Notes: generated by a model from the sequence alone, not told the origin. A stretch of DNA of 64,000 nucleotides from an uncultured Aliarcobacter sp. (GCA_963664305.2 CAXXLV010000002.1:800001-864000), one strand, 5' to 3'; positions 51,900-63,307 are shown, numbered from the stretch's first letter. Numbers and translations are program-made.

Positions 51900-52574
51900 A
51901 TGAAAAGAATGAAATCACTAGTTGTAAGTTCAGCACTTTTAATGTCAACAATTACAACTATAAATGCAAATGAAATAGATACTGTTTTTAATATAACAGG
52001 TGCAAGTAACTATTTAGTAAGAGGAATTACACAAACAAATGACAAAGCTGCACTATTTTTAGATGGAACTGTTATTTACAATGGTTTTTTTGCAGGAGCT
52101 TGGACTTCAAACATAGAATTTGAAGGAGCAGATGGACATAGAGAAATAGATGTTTATGCTGGTTATGGAAGGGAAATATATGGATTTGAAACTACTTTAA
52201 CTTATACAAAGTTTTTATATCCTGATTCAAAAGATATTGCAAATTTAGATGAACTTGAAGTTAAAGTTGTTTATCCAATAGATAAATTCTCTGTTGGAGG
52301 AAAATATATTTTTGGAACTTATGTAGAAAATGATGGAAAAAAATTAGATTATTATGAAGGTTTTGCTTCTTATGATTTTGATGTTCTAACATTAAGTGGA
52401 AGTACAGGTTCATTTGAAGATACGGGAGATAATTTTGAAATAGGAGTTTCAAAAACATTTGATTTAGAAAAAGGTTCATTAAAATTAGAATTATTATACA
52501 ATGAATTCTATTCTGACAACAGTTCTAGTGAAGATCAAGATAATCTTTATGCTAAAATTGTATATTCGTTTTAG
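51900..52574 (+). CDS. TorF/Gcw_chp-like outer-membrane beta-barrel
   Basis: Signal peptide, SNYLVRGITQT, GAWTSN, EIDVYAGY and a terminal Phe. Confidence 0.8.
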   Translation: MKRMKSLVVSSALLMSTITTINANEIDTVFNITGASNYLVRGITQTNDKAALFLDGTVIYNGFFAGAWTSNIEFEGADGHREIDVYAGYGREIYGFETTLTYTKFLYPDSKDIANLDELEVKVVYPIDKFSVGGKYIFGTYVENDGKKLDYYEGFASYDFDVLTLSGSTGSFEDTGDNFEIGVSKTFDLEKGSLKLELLYNEFYSDNSSSEDQDNLYAKIVYSF

Positions 52575-52586
52575 TTAGGATTTTAA

Positions 52587-53420
52587 ATGTTTACATCAAA
52601 AATGTATATACCTAATGAAAAACTAAAAGATTGGATAAAAGTTTTTTGGTTTTTAGAAGGGTGTGGTAATGGAAATTTATCATATACAAGAAATATATTA
52701 CCTGATGGTTGTGCAACAATAACTTTTGTACTCCAAGGAAATATGGATTTAAGCATTTATGACAATGGAAAAATAAAAAGAGGAATTTATGTTATTCCTC
52801 CCGTTGTTAGTGGACACAATGATTTAATTAGTGATGATATATTTCTAATTGATATTCAATTAAATCCTAGTATTTTTTATAAACTTTTTAATCTACCTAT
52901 AAATAAACTAAAAAATAGAATTTATACTCTTGATGAACTCTCATTAGACTTTGACAAATCAATATTAGATAAAATTACAGAAGTAAAAGATAATAAAAAT
53001 GCTATTTACTTTTTATTAAATGAATTTTTTACCAATTTATTTGCTAAACAAAATTTTTATTCAGATGAACTTGTATTAAATATAAATCAACTATTTAATA
53101 GTGGTAATTTAAATGAATTTTTTAATTCTCAAAATTTATCTATTAGACAAATAGAAAGAAAAGTAAAAAACTATACAGGACTTACTCCACAAAATATAAG
53201 TAGATTAGGAAGATTTTATTCGGTTTTAGAGTATATGAAATTTAGACAATATAATCTTGAATATTGTGAACTTGCGTTAGAATATAACTTCTCTGACCAA
53301 TCGCATTTTATTAGAGAATTTAAATCATTTTGCAATCAAACTCCAAGCAAATTTTTAAAAGATATAGATTTATATCCTCAATATAAAGGTTTATGTAACA
53401 AATCAAAGATAATTTATTGA
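52587..53420 (+). CDS. AraC-family regulator
   Basis: LSIRQIER and FSDQSHFIREFK motifs. Confidence 0.88.
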   Translation: MFTSKMYIPNEKLKDWIKVFWFLEGCGNGNLSYTRNILPDGCATITFVLQGNMDLSIYDNGKIKRGIYVIPPVVSGHNDLISDDIFLIDIQLNPSIFYKLFNLPINKLKNRIYTLDELSLDFDKSILDKITEVKDNKNAIYFLLNEFFTNLFAKQNFYSDELVLNINQLFNSGNLNEFFNSQNLSIRQIERKVKNYTGLTPQNISRLGRFYSVLEYMKFRQYNLEYCELALEYNFSDQSHFIREFKSFCNQTPSKFLKDIDLYPQYKGLCNKSKIIY

Positions 53421-53490
53421 TTTTAATCAATGAAAAAAATCAGAAAAAAGATAAAATAATACATTAACTTTTATTTTAGGACTAAATCTG

Positions 53491-54603
53491 ATGTTAAATG
53501 TTTTTTTATTAACCTATTTTACTAAAAAATTAGATTTAGTAATAATTGAAAAAAATGGCTCAATTACAACAAAATATGGTGAATATCTTCAATCTATTTT
53601 TAAAGAAGTTAGAAACTATGATTCACAGGAAAATTTTTTATTAGATTTAAGTGTAAACAACTTTGATATCTTGTTATTTGATAATGATATACATGATATT
53701 GAATCTACTTTTTTATTTATAAAAGATGTACACAAAATAAATCCTCTAATTAAAATCATACTTTTTTCAAAATATGTTGATTATCATATCTTAGTTAAAT
53801 GCTTTAAATACAATGTAACAGGTTTTATGTGTTGTAATAGCAATGAACAAGATTTAAAAGATTTTTTAAAAATATCAGTTAGAAAACTCCTTCTCAATAA
53901 TAGCAATAAATTTAATGAAAATAAAAATAAATTTGATGTAATCGACTGTCTTAATTTCTTAAAGAATGAAGAAAAAGATATAAATTTGGTTAATCATTTT
54001 AAAGGAATTGCAATTATAAGGTCTGCTGAGATTTTAGATTTTGATAATCAAACAATTAAAATAAAAGCAGATAATACTCAATTAAAAACCATAAAAAAAG
54101 ATACACATGTTGTTATTTCATCTATTCATTTAGGTGTTGAAATATTAACATCAGCACAATTTGTAAACCTTGAAGAAAACGAACTACATTTAAAATATAA
54201 CAATCTAATTGATTCTTATGTTCATCATAGAAAAACACCAAGAGTTGACCCTAAAAAAGGTTCAAATGTTATGATTGATATGAACAATAGAACTCTAAAA
54301 GTTGATATTATGAATATCTCTATTGACCATGTTTTATGTATAGCAAAAGAAACAGCAACTGAATTAAAAATTCATTCAAATGTAAGGATTTTGATAAATT
54401 GTAATATCAATCAAAGAATATCAGATAATCCAAATTATATTATTAAAGCCACAGCTTTTGTAAAAGAGATATTTTCGACAGTTGATGGAGAAAAAATACT
54501 TTTAAAATTTAAGCTTTCAAAAGAAGATCATAAGATTTTAGATAAATATATATCATTTAGAATTAAAGAGATTATAAAAGAATTAAAAGATAAATCTAAC
54601 TAA
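53491..54603 (+). CDS. Receiver-like plus PilZ-like domain protein
   Basis: Degenerate receiver N-terminus; RKTPR...MNIS PilZ-like motif. Confidence 0.6.
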   Translation: MLNVFLLTYFTKKLDLVIIEKNGSITTKYGEYLQSIFKEVRNYDSQENFLLDLSVNNFDILLFDNDIHDIESTFLFIKDVHKINPLIKIILFSKYVDYHILVKCFKYNVTGFMCCNSNEQDLKDFLKISVRKLLLNNSNKFNENKNKFDVIDCLNFLKNEEKDINLVNHFKGIAIIRSAEILDFDNQTIKIKADNTQLKTIKKDTHVVISSIHLGVEILTSAQFVNLEENELHLKYNNLIDSYVHHRKTPRVDPKKGSNVMIDMNNRTLKVDIMNISIDHVLCIAKETATELKIHSNVRILINCNINQRISDNPNYIIKATAFVKEIFSTVDGEKILLKFKLSKEDHKILDKYISFRIKEIIKELKDKSN

Positions 54604-54674
54604 ATTTTTAATACATATTTACTTAACAAATTTTTAGTTATTATTCCAAAAAATTTTTTAAAAATCGGAGTAAT

Positions 54675-55478
54675 ATGTATCAAAACATTAAAACTTTCAT
54701 AGAAAGTGGATTTTTTACAAAATTCATTACCTATTTAATCATTATAAATGGTATTACAATGGGGTTAGAAACTTCAAAAGATTTTATGACTAGTTTTGGA
54801 AGTTTTGCAACTCTATTTAATCAAGTTGTAATTACAATTTTTACAATTGAAATAATTCTTAGAATTTATGTTCATAGAAGTTCTTTTTTTAAAGACCCAT
54901 GGAGTCTTTTTGACTTTACAATAGTTGCTATTTCATTAGTTCCTTTAAATCCAGGATTTGAAATATTAAGGGTATTAAGAGTTCTACGATTATTTAGATT
55001 AATTACTGTTGTTCCTCAAATGAGAAAGATTGTTTCTGCTTTAATTAGTGTAATTCCAGGAATGTTAAGTGTAGTAGCTTTAATGATTTTATTCTTTTAT
55101 GTTTTTGCGATTATGTCAACACATCTTTTTGCGCAAGCATTCCCTGAATGGTTTGGAACATTAGGAGAGTCTTTTTATAGTTTATTCCAAATTATGACTT
55201 TAGAATCTTGGTCAATGGGAATTGTAAGACCTATCATGGAAGTTTATCCATATGCTTGGATTTTCTTTGTACCTTTTATTTTTATTACAACATTTGTAAT
55301 GATTAATTTAGTTGTTGCTATTATCGTTGATGCAATGGCTATTTTAAATGCAAAAGAGGAAGAAAATATTATAAATGAAGTACATACAAATGAAACTCAT
55401 ATTCATGAAGAAGTAAAAAAATTAAGAGAAGAGATAGTTGAATTAAAAGTTTTATTAAAAGAGAGTTTGAGTAAATAA
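54675..55478 (+). CDS. Bacterial voltage-gated sodium channel (NavAb homolog)
   Basis: S4 [11 protein letters not shown], selectivity filter TLESWSM; 267 aa. Confidence 0.95.
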   Translation: MYQNIKTFIESGFFTKFITYLIIINGITMGLETSKDFMTSFGSFATLFNQVVITIFTIEIILRIYVHRSSFFKDPWSLFDFTIVAISLVPLNPGFEILRVLRVLRLFRLITVVPQMRKIVSALISVIPGMLSVVALMILFFYVFAIMSTHLFAQAFPEWFGTLGESFYSLFQIMTLESWSMGIVRPIMEVYPYAWIFFVPFIFITTFVMINLVVAIIVDAMAILNAKEEENIINEVHTNETHIHEEVKKLREEIVELKVLLKESLSK

Positions 55479-55509
55479 AAGATATAGTTAAAAACTATAT
55501 CTTTTATTA

Positions 55510-56895
55510 TTAAACGTGACTTATTTGTAAAATCTCGTATTGTAAATACCAAATAGCAACAGAAACTACATATCCAATAAATACTGTCCAAGCATATTTC
55601 ATATGACTTGAGAAAGTATAAATTCCATGCATTTTTCCCATAACTCCAACACCAGCTGCACTTCCAAAAGAGATTAAAGAACCTCCAATTCCTGCTGTCA
55701 TAGTTACAAGCATCCATTGGTCAAGTCCCATATTTGGATTTGCTTTTAAAACAGCACTCATAACAGGAACGTTATCAACAACTGCTGATAAAAGTCCTAC
55801 AGCAATATTTGACCAAGTTGCTCCTAACATTTCAGGCTCATAAACAACTACAGCTAAACCTAACCAACCAATAAAATATAAAGCTCCAACAGCAGCTAAG
55901 ATACCAAAGAAAAATAATAAAGTATTATTCTCTATTTTTGCAATTGCATGGAAGATATTAAATGGACTGTTATATTTTTTTATTATTCTTACATTGTAAA
56001 GTTTTAATAATGCTAAACCGAATAACATTCCCCACATTGCTGGAAAATGGAAAACTTGATGAGAAATAACTGCAAGAATAATTGTAAGAATACCTAATCC
56101 AATTACAATATTTGCTCCTGTCATTAATTCAGGTTTTGTTTCTTTTGTCATATCAAAATCAGGTTTTGTATTTGGAACAAATTTAGATAATAAAAATGCA
56201 GTTACTACATATCCAATAAATGAAGCTGGGAATAAATAGAAGAAATCAGTAAATACTCCTTTTCCTGCTGTCCAAACCATAAGTGTTGTAATATCACCAA
56301 ATGGAGACCAAGCACCTCCAGCATTTGCTGCAACTACAATATTAATCGCACCTGGAACTAAAAATTCTTTTTTATCTTTATTAATTGTAATTAAAACTGT
56401 TGATAAAATAAGTGCAGTTGTTAAGTTATCAGCAACAGGAGAGATAAAAAATGCTAAGAATCCAGTAACCCAAAATAGTTTTCTATATGTATAACCTTTT
56501 GAGATTAGATTATATTTTAATCTATCAAATACTCCCATATGAATTAATGTTTCAATATAAGTCATAGCAACATATAAGAAGAAGAATATTCCTGCAATTT
56601 CTAAAATTAAATGATTCATATCATTACTTAAAATATTTATATCTAAATCATTTAATACATAATACACACCAATTAACATAAACATAAATGTTCCAATAAA
56701 TAAAGCTGGTTTTGCTTTATCAACATGATATTTATCTTCAGCAGCAATAAAATAATAACCTACAACAAATATGATTAAAGAGCTTATACCAACCCATGTC
56801 ATTGTAATATCTGGGAATGACTCACTTCCACTTTGAGAACTACTTGCAAATAGATGCAACATAGTTAAAAATAATCCTAAAAAGACTTTTAGCAT
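55510..56895 (-). CDS. nhaD: Na+/H+ antiporter NhaD
   Basis: SPVADNLTTAL, ANAGGAWSPFGDITT and SAVVDNVP motifs. Confidence 0.9.
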   Translation of the reverse strand: MLKVFLGLFLTMLHLFASSSQSGSESFPDITMTWVGISSLIIFVVGYYFIAAEDKYHVDKAKPALFIGTFMFMLIGVYYVLNDLDINILSNDMNHLILEIAGIFFFLYVAMTYIETLIHMGVFDRLKYNLISKGYTYRKLFWVTGFLAFFISPVADNLTTALILSTVLITINKDKKEFLVPGAINIVVAANAGGAWSPFGDITTLMVWTAGKGVFTDFFYLFPASFIGYVVTAFLLSKFVPNTKPDFDMTKETKPELMTGANIVIGLGILTIILAVISHQVFHFPAMWGMLFGLALLKLYNVRIIKKYNSPFNIFHAIAKIENNTLLFFFGILAAVGALYFIGWLGLAVVVYEPEMLGATWSNIAVGLLSAVVDNVPVMSAVLKANPNMGLDQWMLVTMTAGIGGSLISFGSAAGVGVMGKMHGIYTFSSHMKYAWTVFIGYVVSVAIWYLQYEILQISHV

Positions 56896-57175
56896 TTGTT
56901 TCCTTTTTATTTTTTATATGCAAATTCCTTAAATTTATCCCCTAAAATAAACAATTTAAAGACTTCACAAAATAAGATTCTTCCTAAAGAATTCTAAAAC
57001 GTATTGTATTTTAATTTAGCAAATAGGTCTTTTTATTTTGTGCTAAAATTATTGTTATTTAGTGCTATATTTTTAATTCATTTATGCTTAATAATTTTTA
57101 AGAAGAAATAAAAAATTTTTGATTAAAAAATTTTAAAATGAGCTATAATTCTGGAAATATCTTTAGGAGAAAAAA

Positions 57176-57379
57176 ATGTTTCATATGCCAAGTGGAATGC
57201 AATTAGTTGTTATTATGATAGTTATACTTTTGCTTTTTGGTGGAAAGAAAATACCAGAACTTGCAAAAGGTTTAGGAAGTGGAATTAAAAATTTCAAAAA
57301 AGCAATTAATGAAGATGATACTGAATTACAAGCAGATGTAAAAACAGCTCAATCAAAAAACGAAGAAAGAAAAATATAA
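57176..57379 (+). CDS. tatA: Twin-arginine translocase TatA/E
   Basis: [25 protein letters not shown]. Confidence 0.92.
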   Translation: MFHMPSGMQLVVIMIVILLLFGGKKIPELAKGLGSGIKNFKKAINEDDTELQADVKTAQSKNEERKI

Positions 57380-57406
57380 AATATTTGGTTTTTAACCAAA
57401 TATTTT
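57377..57406. terminator. Bidirectional terminator hairpin
   Basis: aaaatatttggtt...aaccaaatatttt between convergent genes. Confidence 0.6.
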
Positions 57407-58478
57407 AATCCTGATGTTTACTATCTAAAATAAACTCTCTATTTTTATAAATAGATTGAATAAAAGCAAATGAAATAGGAACAATTGCCAAAGTTGTAAC
57501 AAACATAGAAGGTAAGTGGTGAAAAATTTGTATTATCATAGAAAAAGATAAAAATCCAATTGACCACATAGCACCATGTTCAAGGTAAATATATTTTGCT
57601 ACTACATCTTTTTCAACCATATATATAGTCAAAGACCTAACTGCCATAGCACCAATTCCAAGACCTAACATAATAATTATAATATTCTGTGTAACAGCAA
57701 ATGCCCCTAAAACTCCATCTAGAGAAAAAGACATATCAATAACTTCAAGATAAATAAAAGAGATAAATCCACCACTTAATTGAGTGATTTTAGAATCTTT
57801 TTCTTCTTTATTTTTTTCCATAAAATCTTTAAAAAACTCTATTAAATAAAATGCAATCATTCCAATAAGCATAGGTGCTAATATTTCTATTTTATTTACA
57901 GAAACCATTTCATCACCCATTACCACTTCATTTGGAGCATAATATGTTATTCCTAACATTAAAAATAGAATAAATATGATTTTAATATCACCCTTTTTTG
58001 ATATTTTTGTTGCAAATCTTTCTATCGACTTTATCCAGTATAAATCTTTATTAGCATCAAATAAAAATTTCAAAAATAACATCAATAAAAACATTCCACC
58101 AAAAGACATAATCACATGATGAGAACTTTCTATTATTTTTTCATATTCATTGGGATTTGTAATTGCTAGATTAAAGGAATCAATTAAACTCATTGATGTT
58201 GAAAAATAAACTATAAATATTGGAAATATAAATCTCACTCCAAAAACAGCAATAATCATACCCCAAATAAGAAATCTCTTTCTCCAAACAACTGCCATTG
58301 TCGCTAAAATTGTTGCATTAACAACTGCATTGTCAAAAGAGAGAGATAATTCTAAAACAGATAAAATTGTACCTTGATAAACAGCAAATATTCCACCATA
58401 AAAATATAATAAAAAACTAGCTACGAACCAAACTGCAAAAAATCCATAAAAATATGAAACTATAGATTTTTCTTTCAA
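57405..58478 (-). CDS. DUF475 (TerC-like) membrane protein
   Basis: LELSLSFDNAVVNA, YLEVIDMSFSLDGV and YLEHGA motifs. Confidence 0.88.
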   Translation of the reverse strand: MKEKSIVSYFYGFFAVWFVASFLLYFYGGIFAVYQGTILSVLELSLSFDNAVVNATILATMAVVWRKRFLIWGMIIAVFGVRFIFPIFIVYFSTSMSLIDSFNLAITNPNEYEKIIESSHHVIMSFGGMFLLMLFLKFLFDANKDLYWIKSIERFATKISKKGDIKIIFILFLMLGITYYAPNEVVMGDEMVSVNKIEILAPMLIGMIAFYLIEFFKDFMEKNKEEKDSKITQLSGGFISFIYLEVIDMSFSLDGVLGAFAVTQNIIIIMLGLGIGAMAVRSLTIYMVEKDVVAKYIYLEHGAMWSIGFLSFSMIIQIFHHLPSMFVTTLAIVPISFAFIQSIYKNREFILDSKHQD

Positions 58479-58501
58479 AATAAATCCCTTGTAAAAAACA
58501 A

Positions 58502-59239
58502 CTAATTATCTTTTAATAAATCATCAATTGTTTTTTCTTTAACATACTCTTTAGAAGCTTTAAATTCAAATTCAACAGACTTTTTATCTTTAATTTCAGA
58601 AGGTCTTGTTGAACCAAAACCACTTGAATACAACTTATCAGAAGGGACATTATATTTTAATAATTCTCTAATAACATTATTTGCTCTTGCAGTTGATAAA
58701 TCTAAAGCATCTCTATATTTTGAACCTTTAATCTCATAATCTTCTGCAAAACCTTTTACATTTATTTGTGTATCTTTAGGTAAAATAGAGATAATTTTTG
58801 CCAAACTTGAGAAAAATACTGTTGCATCTTTGCTTTTAATATCTGCTTTTCCATCTTCAAATAGTAATTGTGCAGGTATTGACATCAATGCTGCGTTTAT
58901 TCTTTCTTGGAAATCACCATCATTTGCATTTTTAGTTTCTAAATCATTTAATTTTGATTTTATTTCAGCAAAAGTCTCTTTTGCATCATCCATATTAGCA
59001 TCTCTATCGGCAATAGCTTGAGAAATTTTTTCTCTATCAACCATGGAACTTGTATCTACATGTAAATTAAAGATTTTAAAAAACTCTTCTTTTAAAGCTT
59101 TTTGTTTTTCAACATTTACAGAAGCTAAAGCATAAAGAGCAATAAATAAAGCAAGTAATAAACTTAGAAAATCTGCATAAGGAACTGCCCATTTTTCTCC
59201 AGCTGGACATTCACATTTTTTTCGTCTTCTTCTTGCCAT
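58502..59239 (-). CDS. motB: Flagellar stator MotB
   Basis: WAVPYADFLSLLLALFIALYA and an OmpA-like C-terminus. Confidence 0.92.
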   Translation of the reverse strand: MARRRRKKCECPAGEKWAVPYADFLSLLLALFIALYALASVNVEKQKALKEEFFKIFNLHVDTSSMVDREKISQAIADRDANMDDAKETFAEIKSKLNDLETKNANDGDFQERINAALMSIPAQLLFEDGKADIKSKDATVFFSSLAKIISILPKDTQINVKGFAEDYEIKGSKYRDALDLSTARANNVIRELLKYNVPSDKLYSSGFGSTRPSEIKDKKSVEFEFKASKEYVKEKTIDDLLKDN

Positions 59240-59242
59240 TTT

Positions 59243-60001
59243 TTAGCTTCTTAAAGGCATAACTGTAGTCATTTTTGATAATTTAAGTTTTAACTCACCA
59301 GGTGCATCACCTCTTACAATAGCTTTTGCTGCATATAAAATTATCTCTTTTTCTTTTATAATTGTTCTAGCTTTTGCTCTCATTTTATTTCCCCAAGGAC
59401 CAAAGAAAACATAAGATGCAGCAATACCTGTAACAGTTGCAGTAAATGCACCAGCAATTCCAGCTGCCATTTCTGCTGGATTATCTAATCTTTGTAAAGC
59501 TAAAATTAGTCCAAGAACTGCCCCAATTAATCCAATAGTAGGTGAAGTTTCTGCTGCTAATATCCAATAATGAGATGCACTATGATAATAATGTTCTGTT
59601 TCTTCAATAATTGCATCTAAAGATTCTTCTATTTGCTCCTCTTTAGAACCATCAACTACCATATTCATTGCTTCTTTTAAAAATTCATCATCTATTTCTT
59701 CAAGATATTTTTCTAAAGCTAAAACACCATTTTTTTTAACTAAAATTGAATATTCTACCAACTCATCAATTCTTGAATCAAAATCAATTGGTAACTGTTT
59801 AAAAACCATTTTTAACTCAATAAATGCTGCTTTTATTGCACTAAATTCTGATGCTGCAGCTGCTGCGAACATTGATGTTGGAATAACGATTATTAATGAA
59901 GTGATATGAACAACATGGACAGGATTACCGCCTTCTAATATATCACCTATTGAAATAGATGCAATTGCCCCAATTATTCCTATCAGTACAGTTAAATCCA
60001 T
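59243..60001 (-). CDS. motA: Flagellar stator MotA
   Basis: GVLALE, PTIGLIGAVLGLI and AFTATVTGI motifs. Confidence 0.92.
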   Translation of the reverse strand: MDLTVLIGIIGAIASISIGDILEGGNPVHVVHITSLIIVIPTSMFAAAAASEFSAIKAAFIELKMVFKQLPIDFDSRIDELVEYSILVKKNGVLALEKYLEEIDDEFLKEAMNMVVDGSKEEQIEESLDAIIEETEHYYHSASHYWILAAETSPTIGLIGAVLGLILALQRLDNPAEMAAGIAGAFTATVTGIAASYVFFGPWGNKMRAKARTIIKEKEIILYAAKAIVRGDAPGELKLKLSKMTTVMPLRS

Positions 60002-60123
60002 ATTTAGTCCTATAAATTCTTTAAATTGTTATAATACTATCCTAAAATTCATTTCTTAATTATTAAATGATAACTCAATTTCTGTATTGATTTTATGGTA
60101 TTTTATAAAATTATTTTTTTAAA

Positions 60124-61914
60124 CTAATCGTGAAGATTATTCATTATCTCTAAAAATTCATCTAAATTTTCAATAAATATTTCTACTAATCTTGGATCGA
60201 AATGTTTACCTTTTTCATTTTTTAAAAGTTCTAAAATTCTATCTAATTCCCAAGCTTTTTTATAAGGTCTTTCATGTGCAAGTGCATCAAAAACATCAGC
60301 TATTGCAGTGATTCTTCCATAAATATGAATCTCTTCACCTTTTAATCCTCTTGGATATCCACTTCCATCCCATTTTTCATGATGTTCATAAGCCACAATA
60401 GATGATGCTCTTAAAATCTCTCTTGAAGATTTTTTTAATAAGTCATGGCCAATGTCTGCATGAGTTTTCATTTGTGCATACTCTTCAACAGTCAATTTTC
60501 CTGGTTTATTTAAAATAGAATCAGGAATACCAACTTTTCCAATATCATGCATTGGTGATGCCATTTTTAAAAGTTCTGCTGATTCTATAGATAATCCTGC
60601 TTTTATAGCTAATAATTTAGAATATTCTGCAACTCTTTTTACATGATGACCTGTTTCTAAAGAACGTGTTTCACCTATTTCACCCATTGTGTAGATTATT
60701 TCACGTTGAGTTTCTTCTAGTTCAGTATGTAGATTTATAATTTTTGTAATATCTAATCTCACACCTAAATATTCAATCAAATTACCTTTTTTATCTTTTA
60801 TACTAGAAATATTAGCTATGAAAAAAATCTCTTTTCCATCTTTAGTTAAACCTTTTAACTCACCTCTCCAAATTCCAACATTTTTTGCATATTCAAAAGC
60901 TTCACGTATTTGTTCTTCTGTTATATCTGGATGTTTGATAATAGAATAAGATTGGTCAACTAATTCATCTTTTGAAAAACCAGTTAAATCACAAAATTGC
61001 TCATTTACATATTTTATAGTCATATCTGGTCTAATTCTTATGATAATACTACTTTTGTCAAATGTCTCTTCATAGATTTTTGATAAATAGGAAATATCTT
61101 CAAATTTTGCAGAAGTGATTGAATACTCTTTTTTAATATCCTCTTTCATTTGCTCTAATTCTGTAATATCAGAACGTACAGCAATAAACTCAAGAATTTC
61201 GCCATTTTCATCTAAAATTGGATTTATTGTAGTTTTTACAAAATATGCACTTCCATCTTTTCTTCTATTTTTAATATTTCCAAACCAAGGTTTTTTTTCT
61301 TCTTTAATTGTTTTCCACAAATCTGAAAAAACTTCTTTAGGAGTATCTGGATGTCTAATTATGTTATGATTTTTTCCAATTAATTCATCTTTTTTATATC
61401 CAGAAATATTTTCAAATTGCTCATTTACAAATGTAATTACGCCTTTTACATCACTTTTTGAAATAATTGAACTTAAATCAACTGCATTTTGATACTGTTT
61501 TAATAGTGAATTTAAACTATGATTTTCTCTTTCTAAAAGAATAGTTTCTGAAACTTTTTCTATTTGAGTAAATAAATCTAATAGGTTAATAGGTTTAAAT
61601 ATATAATTGTTTACATTTATTTTTATAGCTTCTAATAAATATTCAGAATCATTAAAAGCTGAAATAAATATGATTTTTGCATTAGAGTTTATCTCTTTAA
61701 TTCTTTTTGCCATTTCTATACCATTACAAATTGGCATATGAATATCACTTAGGATTAAATCTGGTTTCTCTTTTTTAAATAAGTCAAAACCTTCTTCACC
61801 ATCTTTAGCTACAAAAAGTTTTGAAACTTTTCTTTCTAATGTGTAAGTTAATTCTTCTCTAATTGACTTATCATCTTCCACATATAAAACTGAAATATCA
61901 TATTTTCTTACCAT
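60124..61914 (-). CDS. Receiver-PAS-PAS-HD-GYP phosphodiesterase
   Basis: Receiver domain, two PAS domains, HDIGK and HHEKWDGSGYP motifs. Confidence 0.92.
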   Translation of the reverse strand: MVRKYDISVLYVEDDKSIREELTYTLERKVSKLFVAKDGEEGFDLFKKEKPDLILSDIHMPICNGIEMAKRIKEINSNAKIIFISAFNDSEYLLEAIKINVNNYIFKPINLLDLFTQIEKVSETILLERENHSLNSLLKQYQNAVDLSSIISKSDVKGVITFVNEQFENISGYKKDELIGKNHNIIRHPDTPKEVFSDLWKTIKEEKKPWFGNIKNRRKDGSAYFVKTTINPILDENGEILEFIAVRSDITELEQMKEDIKKEYSITSAKFEDISYLSKIYEETFDKSSIIIRIRPDMTIKYVNEQFCDLTGFSKDELVDQSYSIIKHPDITEEQIREAFEYAKNVGIWRGELKGLTKDGKEIFFIANISSIKDKKGNLIEYLGVRLDITKIINLHTELEETQREIIYTMGEIGETRSLETGHHVKRVAEYSKLLAIKAGLSIESAELLKMASPMHDIGKVGIPDSILNKPGKLTVEEYAQMKTHADIGHDLLKKSSREILRASSIVAYEHHEKWDGSGYPRGLKGEEIHIYGRITAIADVFDALAHERPYKKAWELDRILELLKNEKGKHFDPRLVEIFIENLDEFLEIMNNLHD

Positions 61915-62011
61915 AAACTTAATATCCTATTTAAATTATTCATTTTTTCTTCTAAGTGTACTGAATGTTTACTAAAAGTTATTTAGAAGATTCCTTATCT
62001 TATTTTTCTAT

Positions 62012-63307
62012 TTATTTCTCACTAAAAGCATATTGTTTTGTTTTTATAATTGGCTTCAATAAATAAGTTAAAATAGATTTTTGTCCTGTAATAATATCTG
62101 CACTTCCTCTCATCCCTGGAATTATATTTAAAATTTTATTTTTTGATTTTAAATAATTTTGTTCACTTTTTACGTATATTAAATAGTATGTTTTATCTTC
62201 TTCCGTTGTAGAATCTGGAGAGATTTTTTCTATTGTACCTTTTAAAGAACCATAAATTGTAAAATCATAAGCCGTAAATTTTATAGATACTTCTAAACCT
62301 GGCGTTAAAAAGGCTATATCTTCTGGATTGATTTTTGTTTCAATCAACAATTTATCTTCACTTGGAACTATTTCAACTAAATCCATTCCAGGTTGTACAC
62401 TTCCACCAATAGTATTTACAAACATCTTTTTTATATATCCAGTAACTGGTGCTTTTATTGCTGTTCTTTTTACTTGGTCTTCTAAAGCATTGTTCTCTTT
62501 TGATATTGAGTTAAGTTTTGAACTAATTTCACTATAATCTTTTTGAGCTTCATTTATAAACTCATTTTTTGCTTCTGAGATTCTATTTTCAGCCTCTTTT
62601 ATCATAGAACTAACTCTTGATAAACTTAATTTTGCTGATTCTAGATTGTCTCTTATTGAATTAACTTCTCTTTCTAATTTCAAATATTCAACTTGAGAAA
62701 CAATACCCTTTTCAGATAAAGGTTTTATCATTTCTCTCTCTTTTGAAATCAAAGATAAACTATTTTGTAAATATTTTACATTTGAATTTATTTCATCTTT
62801 CTCTTTTACTTTTTGTTGAACTTGCTCTTCTAAAACCTTTATTTTTGATTTAAACTGTTCTTTGTTTGTAAGGTATAAGTTATACTCTTTTTGAGAAATT
62901 GCATCATTTTTTTCTATTTCAAAATCTATTTGATTTACTTCAGCATACAATCTTTTTTGTCTAAGTTTTAATTCATCAATTGTACCAACATTTTTATCGT
63001 AAATTGAAGCACTTTGAACATTTTCAATTCTTAAAATCACATCACCTTTTTGTACTAAATCACCCTCTTCTGCAACTATTTCTTTTATAATCCCACCATC
63101 AAAATTTTGAACTATTTTATTTTGCCCATAAGGAATTACTTTTGCTTCTCCTCTTACTAGCTCATTTACTTTAGTAAAATATGCCCAAATAAAAAAAACA
63201 ACTAATAAACCTAAAATGATATATAAAACTATTCGACCACTTTTAGGTGTGTCATCAATTAAAGCTTGAGAAATAGAATTTGAATACTCTTTTTCATTAT
63301 TTTTCAT
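62012..63307 (-). CDS. T1SS membrane fusion protein (second locus)
   Basis: VQNFDGG, APVTG and TIGGSVQPG motifs; paralog of 36691-38025. Confidence 0.9.
   Translation of the reverse strand: MKNNEKEYSNSISQALIDDTPKSGRIVLYIILGLLVVFFIWAYFTKVNELVRGEAKVIPYGQNKIVQNFDGGIIKEIVAEEGDLVQKGDVILRIENVQSASIYDKNVGTIDELKLRQKRLYAEVNQIDFEIEKNDAISQKEYNLYLTNKEQFKSKIKVLEEQVQQKVKEKDEINSNVKYLQNSLSLISKEREMIKPLSEKGIVSQVEYLKLEREVNSIRDNLESAKLSLSRVSSMIKEAENRISEAKNEFINEAQKDYSEISSKLNSISKENNALEDQVKRTAIKAPVTGYIKKMFVNTIGGSVQPGMDLVEIVPSEDKLLIETKINPEDIAFLTPGLEVSIKFTAYDFTIYGSLKGTIEKISPDSTTEEDKTYYLIYVKSEQNYLKSKNKILNIIPGMRGSADIITGQKSILTYLLKPIIKTKQYAFSEK

Noticed and set aside
16378..62537. Short antisense or alternative-frame ORFs nested in long genes (e.g. 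16378, 18067, 23302, 44179, 55403, 61115)
   Set aside because: These are shadow ORFs of well-supported genes with no recognisable motifs.
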